This document shows, piece after piece, positions 38,566 to 47,698 of a stretch of 64,000 nt of DNA. The position numbers and the translations under genes are program-made. The DNA comes from an uncultured Chloroflexia bacterium. GTDB lineage: Bacteria; Chloroflexota; Limnocylindria; Limnocylindrales; CSP1-4. A model generated the notes under the pieces. The model saw nothing but the letters and a program-made list of their open reading frames with translations. It was not told the origin of the DNA and ran no database searches. The DNA is taken from assembly GCA_963829295.1 (NCBI GenBank), contig CAWHHU010000003.1, positions 456,463-520,462 on the forward strand, given 5' to 3'. Numbering within the stretch: the first letter of the stretch is position 1; the number at the start of each line of letters is the position of its first letter.

Positions 38566-39335
38566 CGAGGCGATTCGGGCGCGATCCGGCCGTCGCGGAC
38601 GATGACCTCGCGATCGGCATAGGCGGCGATCCGGGGCTCGTGGGTCACGAGCACGACCGAAGCGCCCTGCTCCCGGGCGGCGTCGGTCAGGAGCTCCATC
38701 ACCTGCTCGCCCGAAACGGAATCCAGGGACCCGGTGGGCTCGTCGGCGAACAGCACCCGGGGTCCCGCGACCAGCGCGCGGGCGACGGCCACCCGCTGGG
38801 CCTGGCCACCGGACAGCTCTCCCGGCCGCCGCAACTCGAGGCCGCCCAGGTCCAGGCGCGGGAACCAGGTCGCCGCGCGATCCAGGGCCTCCCGCCGGTG
38901 GGTCCCACCGAGCAGCAGCGGCAGCGCGATGTTCTCGATCGCCGGCAGCTCTGGGACCAGCTGGCCGAACTGGAACACGAACCCGAACTCGGTTCGTCGG
39001 AGCCGGCTGCGTGCCGCCTCGCCAAGGTCGTCGATCCGCCGGCCCGCGAACAGCACCTGACCGCGGTCCGGCCGAAGGATCCCGGCCACGCAGTGGAGCA
39101 GCGTCGACTTGCCGGAGCCGCTGGGGCCCATGATCGCGACGATCTCACCGCCCACGACCCGCATGTCGATACCGCGCAGCGCCTCGGTCATGCCGAATCG
39201 CTTCTCGAGGCCCGTTGCGTCGATGACCACCTCGCGGACCGCCTGGGCGGCCTCACCGGTGGCACGCGCCACATCGGCAGCGCCCGCCGAGCTCGAAGCC
39301 AGGCGACCTTGAAGCGGGGCGAGCTGGAGCATCAC
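38562..39335 (-). CDS. ABC transporter ATP-binding protein (LolD/MacB-like)
   Basis: GPSGSGKST, LSGGQAQR, FADEPTG, VTHE. Confidence 0.95.
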   Translation of the reverse strand: MMLQLAPLQGRLASSSAGAADVARATGEAAQAVREVVIDATGLEKRFGMTEALRGIDMRVVGGEIVAIMGPSGSGKSTLLHCVAGILRPDRGQVLFAGRRIDDLGEAARSRLRRTEFGFVFQFGQLVPELPAIENIALPLLLGGTHRREALDRAATWFPRLDLGGLELRRPGELSGGQAQRVAVARALVAGPRVLFADEPTGSLDSVSGEQVMELLTDAAREQGASVVLVTHEPRIAAYADREVIVRDGRIAPESPR

Positions 39336-39895
39336 GCGTTCTCCGTGTGGGTGACCACCGGCATCGGCGGCAGGGGGGCGATCTGGCTGCGGAGGTCGTC
39401 GGCGCGAGCGGCGGTCTGCTCGATCCAGCGCAGGTCGGCCTCGAGGTGGAACAGGGCATAGTCGGCCAGCAGGGCCATGGCCGGCGGCGCCGTGCGGCGG
39501 AGCGCCGTCAGCTCTCGCATCCGGCCGAGGTGGGCGTGGCGCTGACGGTCCAGCAGGGCGACCACGGATCGCCCGCTCAGGACGGCGAGCGTGACCTTCG
39601 TGAACAGCGTTGCCTGGAGGTGAGGCTCCGGATCGCTCGGCTCATCGAGCCACCGCTCGAGCGCGTCCTCCCCCGCACCGGTGATGGCGTACGCCTTGCG
39701 CTCGGGTCCCTCGTCCTGGTCGACCGAGGCGACCAGGACCTCACCGTCCCGTGCCAGCCGGGCGAGCGTCGCATACACCTGGCCGAAGGCCAGCGGATGA
39801 TCCGGCGCAAAGTAGCCGTCGAACAGCCGCTTGAGCTCGTAGCCATGCCGGGGCATGGGCTCGAGCAGGCCGAGCAGCGCGTAGCGGACGGACAT
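39332..39895 (-). CDS. PadR-family transcriptional regulator
   Basis: LLGLL..PRHGYEL, GQVYATLARL, RKAYAIT..G. Confidence 0.93.
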   Translation of the reverse strand: MSVRYALLGLLEPMPRHGYELKRLFDGYFAPDHPLAFGQVYATLARLARDGEVLVASVDQDEGPERKAYAITGAGEDALERWLDEPSDPEPHLQATLFTKVTLAVLSGRSVVALLDRQRHAHLGRMRELTALRRTAPPAMALLADYALFHLEADLRWIEQTAARADDLRSQIAPLPPMPVVTHTENA

Positions 39896-39902
39896 CGTGC
39901 GC

Positions 39903-39925
39903 CACTATACACCCGGCGTATAGTG
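39903..39925. promoter_or_regulatory. Palindromic operator overlapping a TATAGT -10 element, 8 nt before the padR start
   Basis: CACTATAC-N7-GTATAGTG, perfect 8-bp arms. Confidence 0.6.
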
Positions 39926-40025
39926 CCATCGACGCTCTCGGGAACAGGCCGCGGGATCGCGCCTCTTCGACGTCGGCCCCATCCGCGACCGCCGGCGACG
40001 CGAGCGTCGGCCGCGCGGGCGTCGG

Positions 40026-42152
40026 TCAGCCCTGGACCACCGGCAGCCGACGGCCGGCCGGCACCTCGCGCCCCGCGAACGGCATCACCGCGGCCGCCAG
40101 CAGCTCGCTGATGTCCTGGGCCGTGACCGCGTCCTCACCATCGACGCGTCCCGCGTCGGTGAGCCCGTCGCGGAGCATCGTCATGCAGAACGGGCACGCC
40201 GTGGCGAGGGTATCGGCCCCGGTCTCGAGCACCTGGCGCGTGCGCTCCGCGTTGATCCGCGTGCCGCGCGTCTCCTCCATCCACATCCGACCACCGCCGG
40301 CGCCGCAGCAGAAGGTCTGCCGGCCGCTCGCCTCCATCTCCCGCAGCTCGACGCCCGGGATCGCACCCAGCACGTCGCGTGGCGCGCTGATGACGCCATT
40401 GTAGCGGGCGAGATAACAGGAGTCGTGATAGGTCACCGAGCGACCCGGCAGCCCGTCGGTGCCGATCCGCAGCCGGCCGTCCCTGACCAGCGAGGCGAGG
40501 TACTCGGAATGGTGGCGGATCGTGAACGAGCCGCCCAGCTGACCGTACTCGTTGCCGATCGTGTTGAAGCAGTGGGGGCAGGCGGTGACGATCGTGCGTT
40601 CCCCCATCCCGTAACGGTTGAGCGTCTCCACGTTCTGGCCGGCCAGGATCTGGAACACGTACTCGTTGCCCATCCGGCGCGCCGGATCGCCGGTGCAGCT
40701 CTCCTCCTGGCCGAGCACCGCGAACGAGACGCCCGCGGCATCGAGACAGGTGGCCACGGCGCGCGCGACGCGCCGGTTGCGATCGTCGAAGGCGGCGGCG
40801 CAGCCCACCCAGTAGAGGACCTCGAGCCCGTCGAGCTCGCCCGCCGCCTGCACGGCGGCCACCGTCCGGATCTCGAACGGCAGCCCCCTGGCCCAGTCGA
40901 GCCGCGCCGACGGCGGCTGGCCCCACGGGTTGGCGACCGACTCCATGCCCCGAAACGCGCTCGTCAGCTCCTGGGGGAACCTGGAGTCCTCGAGCACCAG
41001 GTTCCGCCGCAGGCCGACGATCTTGTCCACGTGCTCGATCGTCACCGGGCACGCCTCGACGCATGCGCCGCAGGTGAGGCAGTCCCACACCGCGTCGTAC
41101 GGGATCGCGACGTCCACCAGGGGTCGCGCGAGCGCGTCCGGCTTGAGCGTGTCGTCGAGCCCGAAGGTGGCGCGCACCGACGGCGAGTTGGGAATGAGCG
41201 GCAGCCCCGCCTCGGCCGCCACCGACTCGTGACGGATGTTCATGATCAGGGACTTGGGGTTGAGCGGCTTCCCGGTCGCGTACGCCGGACACGCCTGCTG
41301 GCAGCGCCCGCACTCGGTGCAGGTGAAGCCGTCGAGCAGGTCCTTCCACGACAGGTCGGCGACGGTCCGGATGCCGTAGGTCGCATCGGTGGCCTCGAGG
41401 TCCATCGCGGGCAGCTCGCCCCGCGGCCGGAGCTTGCGCAGCAGGACGTTGGGGATCGCCGTCGCGATGTGGAGGTGCTTGGAGAACGGCAGGTACACCA
41501 GGAAGGCCGCCACCAGCACCATGTGGGTCCACCACAGGACCGCGAACACGGCCTGACCGGCGTCCGGGTCGACCCCGGTCAGCAGCCCGCCGATCGTGTC
41601 GGCTGCGAACGCGCCCGACACGTCGCCCCGCAGCGCGACCTCGAACACCTGCGAGCCCAGCTCGGCGCCGACGATGCCACCGATGAGGACCAGGACGAAC
41701 AACGCGTCGCGGTTGAGCGACAGCCTCGCGGGCCGCAGGACCAGGCGCCGGAGGAACGCATAGCCGACGGCCACCAGGACGATCAGCGCGACGGCGTTCT
41801 GGAGCGCGTTGACGAGCGCCCACAGCAGCCCGTCGAACGGATACGCCACCACCGCCTCGATGAGGCCACCGGTGACGATGTTGGCCGTCCCGATGGTGAG
41901 CAGGACGAAGCCCCAGAAGATCGCGAAGTGCATCGCCCCCGCCGGCGGATCCCGGAACATGCGGACCTGGAGCAGCGCGTAGCGCACAACCCCGCCCAGC
42001 CGCCGCCACGGGTGGTCCGTTGGGGTTGCCGAACCGGCAGCCGCGAACACCCGCAGGTGGCGCGCCATCGCCAGCGCGAAGAAGGCGGCCGACCCCCAGA
42101 ACAGGGGCAGCACCAGCGGGTACAGCGGAACGTCGGCGAACGACTCGAACAT
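40026..42152 (-). CDS. Membrane Fe-S oxidoreductase (FadF/HdrD-like, CCG domains)
   Basis: N-terminal TM region; CTECGRCQQACP, CLTCGACVEACP; CTGDP, TYHDSCYL, CCGAGGG, ACPFC. Confidence 0.92.
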   Translation of the reverse strand: MFESFADVPLYPLVLPLFWGSAAFFALAMARHLRVFAAAGSATPTDHPWRRLGGVVRYALLQVRMFRDPPAGAMHFAIFWGFVLLTIGTANIVTGGLIEAVVAYPFDGLLWALVNALQNAVALIVLVAVGYAFLRRLVLRPARLSLNRDALFVLVLIGGIVGAELGSQVFEVALRGDVSGAFAADTIGGLLTGVDPDAGQAVFAVLWWTHMVLVAAFLVYLPFSKHLHIATAIPNVLLRKLRPRGELPAMDLEATDATYGIRTVADLSWKDLLDGFTCTECGRCQQACPAYATGKPLNPKSLIMNIRHESVAAEAGLPLIPNSPSVRATFGLDDTLKPDALARPLVDVAIPYDAVWDCLTCGACVEACPVTIEHVDKIVGLRRNLVLEDSRFPQELTSAFRGMESVANPWGQPPSARLDWARGLPFEIRTVAAVQAAGELDGLEVLYWVGCAAAFDDRNRRVARAVATCLDAAGVSFAVLGQEESCTGDPARRMGNEYVFQILAGQNVETLNRYGMGERTIVTACPHCFNTIGNEYGQLGGSFTIRHHSEYLASLVRDGRLRIGTDGLPGRSVTYHDSCYLARYNGVISAPRDVLGAIPGVELREMEASGRQTFCCGAGGGRMWMEETRGTRINAERTRQVLETGADTLATACPFCMTMLRDGLTDAGRVDGEDAVTAQDISELLAAAVMPFAGREVPAGRRLPVVQG

Positions 42153-42155
42153 CGG

Positions 42156-42752
42156 TCAGGCGTCCTCGCGCGGGCCCGGAGGGAGGTCGTGCCGTCCGGC
42201 CGCCCGGGCGGCGGCGTGATCGAACGGTCCCGCGAGCGTCTCGAGCGCATGGTCCAGCAGCGGGACCACCGTCTCCAGCGACTCCAGGGCGCCCCTGGGC
42301 GAGCCCGGCAGGTTCACGATCAGGGTGCGGTCGCGAACCCCGACGACGCCCCGCGAGAGGGCCGCGAAGGGGGTGGAGCGGCGGCCGTCGGCCCGTATCG
42401 CCTCCGCGATCCCCGGGATCTCATAGTCGAGCACGGCCCGGGTTGCCTGCGGGGTGACGTCGCGTGGGGTAAGCCCGGTGCCCCCGGTGGTCACGATCAG
42501 GGCGAAGGTCGCAGCGCCGTCGATGAGCATCTCCTCGATCGCCCACTGCTCGTCGGCGACGACCCGTCGCTCCACCCCGAACCCGAGCTCCGTGAGCCGC
42601 CCTGCCACGCCCTCACCCGAGGTGTCGGGGCGTCGGCCCACCGCCGCCCGGTCGCTCGCGGTGACCACGAGCGCGGAGCGGGCGCCCGCGGACCCGTCGC
42701 CTGCGGGCCGGGCGGCCGCGGGTCGGGATGCGGGCCGGGCGCCTGGTTCCAC
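42156..42752 (-). CDS. MogA/MoaB molybdopterin adenylyltransferase (start uncertain)
   Basis: VTASDR, VTTGGTGLTPRDVTPQAT, SRGVVG, NLPGSP. Confidence 0.88.
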   Translation of the reverse strand: MEPGARPASRPAAARPAGDGSAGARSALVVTASDRAAVGRRPDTSGEGVAGRLTELGFGVERRVVADEQWAIEEMLIDGAATFALIVTTGGTGLTPRDVTPQATRAVLDYEIPGIAEAIRADGRRSTPFAALSRGVVGVRDRTLIVNLPGSPRGALESLETVVPLLDHALETLAGPFDHAAARAAGRHDLPPGPREDA

Positions 42753-42763
42753 CGGGTCGCCCC

Positions 42764-43354
42764 TCAACCCGGTCCCTTGCGCTTGCCGAGGCGGCCGGCC
42801 ATCCGGTCCGCGCCCCGCCGCCGGGGGGCCGGTGCCCCGTCCGTGCCGGCCGGCCTGAACCATTCGCCGCTCTTGCCGCCGGTCTTGGAGATCAGCCGGA
42901 TCGCGCGGATCTCCACGCCGCGTTCCACGCCCTTGACCATGTCATACACGGTCAGCGCGGCGACCGCCGCCGCCGACATCGCCTCCATCTCGACGCCGGT
43001 GGGCGCCGTCGTGGCAGCCTCGGCGCGGATCCGAAGGACCGACGCGGCCCGGTCCGGCGTGATCGCCACGGCGAGGTCCGTGAGCGGCAGCGGGTGACAC
43101 AGCGGGATCAGCTCGGAGGTCCGCTTGCCGCCCATCACCCCGGCGAGCTCGGCGACCGTGAGCACGTCCCCCTTCTCGCCGCCGCCGTCGATCACCAGGC
43201 TCAAGGTCTCGGCCGAGACCGCGACCTCGGCCTCCGCGACGGCCCGGCGCGCGGTGGGCGGCTTGGCGCTCACGTCGACCATGCGCGGACGGCCTCGCCG
43301 GTCGATGTGGCTGAGTCGGCGCCGCTCGGCGCGCGGGACGTCGCTGCGATCCAT
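42764..43354 (-). CDS. moaC: Cyclic pyranopterin monophosphate synthase
   Basis: MVDVSAK, KRTSELIPLCH, TGVEMEA, YDMVK, KTGGKSG. Confidence 0.96.
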   Translation of the reverse strand: MDRSDVPRAERRRLSHIDRRGRPRMVDVSAKPPTARRAVAEAEVAVSAETLSLVIDGGGEKGDVLTVAELAGVMGGKRTSELIPLCHPLPLTDLAVAITPDRAASVLRIRAEAATTAPTGVEMEAMSAAAVAALTVYDMVKGVERGVEIRAIRLISKTGGKSGEWFRPAGTDGAPAPRRRGADRMAGRLGKRKGPG

Positions 43355-43406
43355 CGGTCCTCCTCGTGTCGCGAATCGTAACCGGTGCCGGGTACGGGGT
43401 GGGCCG

Positions 43407-44747
43407 TCAGCCGCGATCGAGCCAGCGGAGCTCCACCTCGGTTCCCGCCGACACCCGCTCCAGCGGCTCCGGGATCACGGCCAGCGCGTCCGCCGCCGCG
43501 AGCGCCGACAGCACGTGGCTCCCCTGCCCACCCGCGAGCCTGACCCGGACCCGCCCGCGGCGATCGCGCGACGGCGTCCCGTCACGCTCGCGGAGGGCCA
43601 CCACGCGCTGGTATCCCCGGCGGCCAAGACTCTTGGTGACCGGATCCTCGAGCACAGCCCGGTCCGCCGGCCGGTGCAGGTGCGGGTGCCCGGCCAGGCG
43701 CCGCAGCACGGGGCGGACGAACAGCTCGAAGGTGACGAACGCAGACACGGGATTGCCGGGCAGCCCGAACAGCAGGACCGGGCTGCCGCGCGATGCGCCG
43801 GAGTGGCCGCCGCTGTCGGCGCGACCGAAGGCGAACGGCTTGCCCGGCTGGACGGCAACCCGCCACAGGTCGATCGAGCCGACGGCGTCGAAGGCGAGCC
43901 GGACGACGTCGTAGGGGCCGACGGAGACGCCGCCCGAGACGACGACCAGGTCGGCCTCCGCCACGCCGCGTCGCAGCCGCTGCTCGACGTCCTCCAGATC
44001 GTCGATCGCGATCCCCAGGTCCAGCGGGATCCCGCCGGACTCGGCGATCAGCGCCCGCAGGCCCGGGCCGTTGGCATCCGGGATCCCCGCGTCGCCGAGA
44101 TCCGCCCCCGATGCCCGGACCTCATCGCCCGTCGCAAGCACACCGACGATCGGCCGCCGGCGGACGACGAGCTCTGACGTCCCGCAGCCGGCGGCGAGCG
44201 CAACCACGGCCGGTGTCACGGTGACGCCCGCCGAAGCCACCACCGCGCCCGCTTCGACATCGCTGCCCAGGATCCGGATCGCGTTGCCGGGCCCCACCCG
44301 CTCGTGCACCAGGCAGGCCGCCGGCAGCGGCCCGGTGGCGTCGCGGCCGCGAGGCCCCGGATTGCCGCTCGCGTCGAGCGGGGTCGTCATCTCTACCGGG
44401 ACCACCGCGTCCGCGCCGCCCGGGATCCGGGCCCCCGTCGCGATCCGGATCGCCGTCCCGGCGATCACCCTGGCATCGGGCGCCACGCCGGCACGCGACT
44501 CGCCGACGACGGTCAGACGGATCGCCGACGCGTCACCGGCACCGTCGACGTCCGCGGCCCGGATCGCGTAGCCATCCATCGCCGAGTTGTCCCATGGTGG
44601 CAGCGACACCCGCGCGGCCAGCGGCTCCGCGAGCACCCGCCCCAGCGCCGCCTCCGGGGTCACCTGCTCGGTGTCGCTGAACGGCTCCACCCCCGCGAGC
44701 ACGGTTGCCTGGGCCGCCTCCACGGGCAGCAGGCCCTTGTGGCTCAT
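43407..44747 (-). CDS. moeA: Molybdopterin molybdotransferase
   Basis: PPWDNSAMDGYA, ATGDEV, SGGVSVGPYD, QPGKP, LPGNPVSA. Confidence 0.95.
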   Translation of the reverse strand: MSHKGLLPVEAAQATVLAGVEPFSDTEQVTPEAALGRVLAEPLAARVSLPPWDNSAMDGYAIRAADVDGAGDASAIRLTVVGESRAGVAPDARVIAGTAIRIATGARIPGGADAVVPVEMTTPLDASGNPGPRGRDATGPLPAACLVHERVGPGNAIRILGSDVEAGAVVASAGVTVTPAVVALAAGCGTSELVVRRRPIVGVLATGDEVRASGADLGDAGIPDANGPGLRALIAESGGIPLDLGIAIDDLEDVEQRLRRGVAEADLVVVSGGVSVGPYDVVRLAFDAVGSIDLWRVAVQPGKPFAFGRADSGGHSGASRGSPVLLFGLPGNPVSAFVTFELFVRPVLRRLAGHPHLHRPADRAVLEDPVTKSLGRRGYQRVVALRERDGTPSRDRRGRVRVRLAGGQGSHVLSALAAADALAVIPEPLERVSAGTEVELRWLDRG

Positions 44748-44828
44748 TGCCGATCCGCGTGCATCGAGCGGGCCGTGGTCATCATCGTGTCCTCACCACG
44801 GCGGGGTGCGGCCGAAGCGACCAGAATC

Positions 44829-44892
44829 CGCATCCGTGACCTCATCGGCCGCATCCGTGACCTCATCGGCCGCATCGGTGACCTCATCGGCC
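44829..44892 (+). repeat. 21-bp tandem repeat x3
   Basis: CGCATC(C/G)GTGACCTCATCGGC at 44829, 44850 and 44871; the third copy contains the site-2 protease stop codon. Confidence 0.92.
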
Positions 44893-46032
44893 GGTGCCGG
44901 TGGCGCCGGCCTGACGGGCCGCCCGCAAACGAACGAGATCGGCCACGCCGTCCCGGGTCAGCAGTCCGGCGAGCCGCCCGCGATCGGCCACCGCCAGCCC
45001 GTCCTGACCCGACGACCCGAGCAGCTCGATCGCACCCCACAGCGCATCGCCGGGGGCGAGCACCGGCACCTCCGGCGGGGCCGCCATCACCTCGCCTACC
45101 CTGGCCTCTCCGAGCCTCCCGCGGCCGAGGCGAGCCACCCGGCGCCGGCCGATGACGCCAACCACGATGTCGCCGTCGACCACCGGCAGCGCCGCCAGCG
45201 CGTCAGGGCCCCGGAACCGGTCCGCGAACGTGTCGACCGTCAGATGCGGGCTGATGGAGCCGGTGTCCCGCCGCATCGCGTCCTCGACATGGGTCCCTTG
45301 CAGCAACCGCTCCATGGCAACCTGGCGCTCCACCGTCCGCCCGCTGCTGGTGAGCATCCAGCCGAAACCCAGCCCCACCAGGCCCTCGAGCACGAGGTTC
45401 GCGAGCACAGCGGCGACACCGATGCCAACGATCGCCCAGCCGACCAGCCGGCCCACCCGTGCGCTCACCAGGCTCGCCCGGTCCGGGTCGCCGGTTCGGG
45501 CCCAGACGATCGCCCGAACGACCCGGCCACCGTCCACCGGCATCGCGGGCACCAGGCTGAGGGTAGCCATGGCCAGGTTGAGCAGACCGACGACGATCAG
45601 CGCGTCGGCCACGACCCCGACCTCGGGCGCCACCGTCACCACCAGCAGCCCGAGCGCCGTCAGCACCAGCGCCGCGACTCCTGACAGCAGCGGGCCGGCG
45701 ATCGCGATCAGCAGCTCGTCGCGCGGCCGCGCGGCACGGATCGAAAGGGGCGCGAGCCCTCCGAGGAAGCCGAGCACCACCGTCCCCGCCGGGACGCCAC
45801 GGCGTCGCCCGACCAGCGCGTGCCCCAGCTCATGGGCGGCGACCGACACCAGAAACATCAGGGCGATCCCGGCACCGATCAGCCACTGGATCACCGGGTT
45901 GAGCTCCGGCGCGTCGAGCGTCGCGAGCTCCACGCCCATGACCGTCACGACCGCCAGCAGCAGGATCCAGGCGAGCGATACCCGGACCTCGATCCCAAGC
46001 ACGCGCGCGATCGGCACGCCGCCCGGGTTCAT
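44884..46032 (-). CDS. Site-2 protease (M50) with CBS domains
   Basis: AHELGH, NL..AMPVDGGR, C-terminal CBS pair. Confidence 0.92.
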   Translation of the reverse strand: MNPGGVPIARVLGIEVRVSLAWILLLAVVTVMGVELATLDAPELNPVIQWLIGAGIALMFLVSVAAHELGHALVGRRRGVPAGTVVLGFLGGLAPLSIRAARPRDELLIAIAGPLLSGVAALVLTALGLLVVTVAPEVGVVADALIVVGLLNLAMATLSLVPAMPVDGGRVVRAIVWARTGDPDRASLVSARVGRLVGWAIVGIGVAAVLANLVLEGLVGLGFGWMLTSSGRTVERQVAMERLLQGTHVEDAMRRDTGSISPHLTVDTFADRFRGPDALAALPVVDGDIVVGVIGRRRVARLGRGRLGEARVGEVMAAPPEVPVLAPGDALWGAIELLGSSGQDGLAVADRGRLAGLLTRDGVADLVRLRAARQAGATGTGR

Positions 46033-46739
46033 CGCGCTGCCGCCGGGATGGGCATGCCGCCCGGGCCGAGCGCGGCGGCAGCCTCGATCACGGCCGCGCG
46101 CCGCCGGCCCAGCCACGCCAGCCCGAGGCTGAGGGCGACGACGACGATCCCGACCCCGATCGTCGTCTCGACCCAGAACGTCTCGGGGAACAGCTGCACC
46201 AGACGGTCTGTACGGGGGTCGAACAGGAAGCTCCCGGGCGGGAAGAACAGCTCGTGGAACAGCTCGAAGGCGGTGTCGAAGAACAGCAGGCCCAGGAGGC
46301 CGACCACCACCGTGCCCACCGCGATCACGCGTCCGATCCGGCCCAGGCGGCGCCACAGCCAGGCACGCGCCGTCGGCCGCCGGCCGAGCGCGAAGGCCAG
46401 GCCGAGCACCGCCGCTCCGATGATCGCCGCCGCGTAGAAACCGGCGAACACGCTGCGCACGTCGCGCATGTGCTGCCGCTCGCGCTCGTTGAGGACCGGC
46501 GACCCATGGAGCGTGACGCCGAAGTCGGGTGGGCCGACCACGAGGTCGGACAGGATCGATCCGGTCACGGTCCGCAGGTCGGCCGCATCGAACCCGGTCC
46601 ATGCCGCGGCCTGCGCACGACCCTGCTCGAACCCGACCCAGACGGGGTTGAGGAACGGGAGGATCGCCAGCGCGATCAGGACCAGGACGGTTGCGATACC
46701 GAGCACGATCGAGGACAGCGCCTCGCGGATGAGCTCCAT
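46029..46739 (-). CDS. DUF1461/TIGR01906 membrane protein, lipoprotein intramolecular transacylase (Lit)-like
   Basis: E..HMRDVR, F..FHELFF, FLFDP...L..LFPE.FW. Confidence 0.75.
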   Translation of the reverse strand: MELIREALSSIVLGIATVLVLIALAILPFLNPVWVGFEQGRAQAAAWTGFDAADLRTVTGSILSDLVVGPPDFGVTLHGSPVLNERERQHMRDVRSVFAGFYAAAIIGAAVLGLAFALGRRPTARAWLWRRLGRIGRVIAVGTVVVGLLGLLFFDTAFELFHELFFPPGSFLFDPRTDRLVQLFPETFWVETTIGVGIVVVALSLGLAWLGRRRAAVIEAAAALGPGGMPIPAAAR

Positions 46740-46791
46740 CAGTCGCCTGATGGTATCTGGTGATCGGTGCCCGGCGCCCCCGATCGGTCGA

Positions 46792-47181
46792 TCAGGCTTC
46801 CTGGAGCGTCCGCGCCTGCTCCCACCAGGTGTCGATCATCAGCTCGGCCGGGGTCTCCCAGTTGAGCTCCTGGGCCGCCCGGGCAAGCCGGGACCGGAAC
46901 GCCTCGAGGTCGAGCGCCAGCACGTCGCGGAGCCCCTCGATCCCGGCCTGGATGAACAGCTGGTGCTCGGTGCCCCCGAACCCGGCCAGATTGAGCAGCA
47001 GGGCCTCATCGCGCCAGCGCACGACGTCGTTGGGCGTGGCGGCTACGTGGTCGGCCAGCGACTGACGGCGCGTGGACGTCTCCGACACGTCGAGCAGGAT
47101 CCCGGTCGTGAAGATGCCCTGCTTCTCGAGCCGGGCGAGGTGCGCGGGTTCGATGCGGGTGAGCTCGGTGATGGGCGGCAC
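46792..47181 (-). CDS. DUF4332-like protein (HhH repeats)
   Basis: RLEKQGI.TT..LL, W...A.L..L.G.G.....L...AGI. Confidence 0.7.
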   Translation of the reverse strand: MPPITELTRIEPAHLARLEKQGIFTTGILLDVSETSTRRQSLADHVAATPNDVVRWRDEALLLNLAGFGGTEHQLFIQAGIEGLRDVLALDLEAFRSRLARAAQELNWETPAELMIDTWWEQARTLQEA

Positions 47182-47291
47182 GCGGCGTGGGACCTCCGTG
47201 GGCTGGCAGATGATGGCGGCGCCATTATCGCGGGTCGCGCCGGGTCTCGCGGTGGTCCACGGGCCGGCCGGGGGCGTCGCGAGCGGACGCC

Positions 47292-47651
47292 TCAGCGTTC
47301 AAGCGCCTGGTTCTCCAGCACGACGTCCCAGTGCGCGTCGAGGATCTCGAACCGCCGCCGCTCCTCCGCCTTGAACGTCGCCTGGTCCGGGTACAGCCGC
47401 TCCGCCAGCTCCGCGTCGGCGTGCTCCTCCATGGCCGCCCAGTCCCGGTAGGTGATCGAGACCAGCACGTCCCAGTCGGCGTGGCCATCACCGTGGAACC
47501 GCGGAGCCCACAGCTCCACGTTGGTGAACCGCCCGGCCGCCTGGAGCTCGCGCAGGATCGGCCAGTGGTTCTTGCGGAACAGGCGCACGAACTCGTCGTG
47601 GCTGCCCCACTTCGTCCGGTAGAAGTACAGAACCTCGATCGGATCGGACAT
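47292..47651 (-). CDS. Hypothetical protein, possibly a NIPSNAP-like alpha+beta barrel
   Basis: Y..KWG..DEF..LF.KNHWP, WDVLV.I.Y; GGAGG RBS. Confidence 0.6.
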   Translation of the reverse strand: MSDPIEVLYFYRTKWGSHDEFVRLFRKNHWPILRELQAAGRFTNVELWAPRFHGDGHADWDVLVSITYRDWAAMEEHADAELAERLYPDQATFKAEERRRFEILDAHWDVVLENQALER

Positions 47652-47698
47652 CGTCGGTCGCCTCCTGGTTGCGGGATCTCGGGATCCGGTGGGTCGTG

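Noticed and set aside
40425-43097. 890-aa plus-strand ORF
   Set aside because: Antisense shadow spanning three recognisable minus-strand genes
44748-44830. Moco riboswitch upstream of moeA
   Set aside because: Short region without recognisable Moco/Wco RNA consensus
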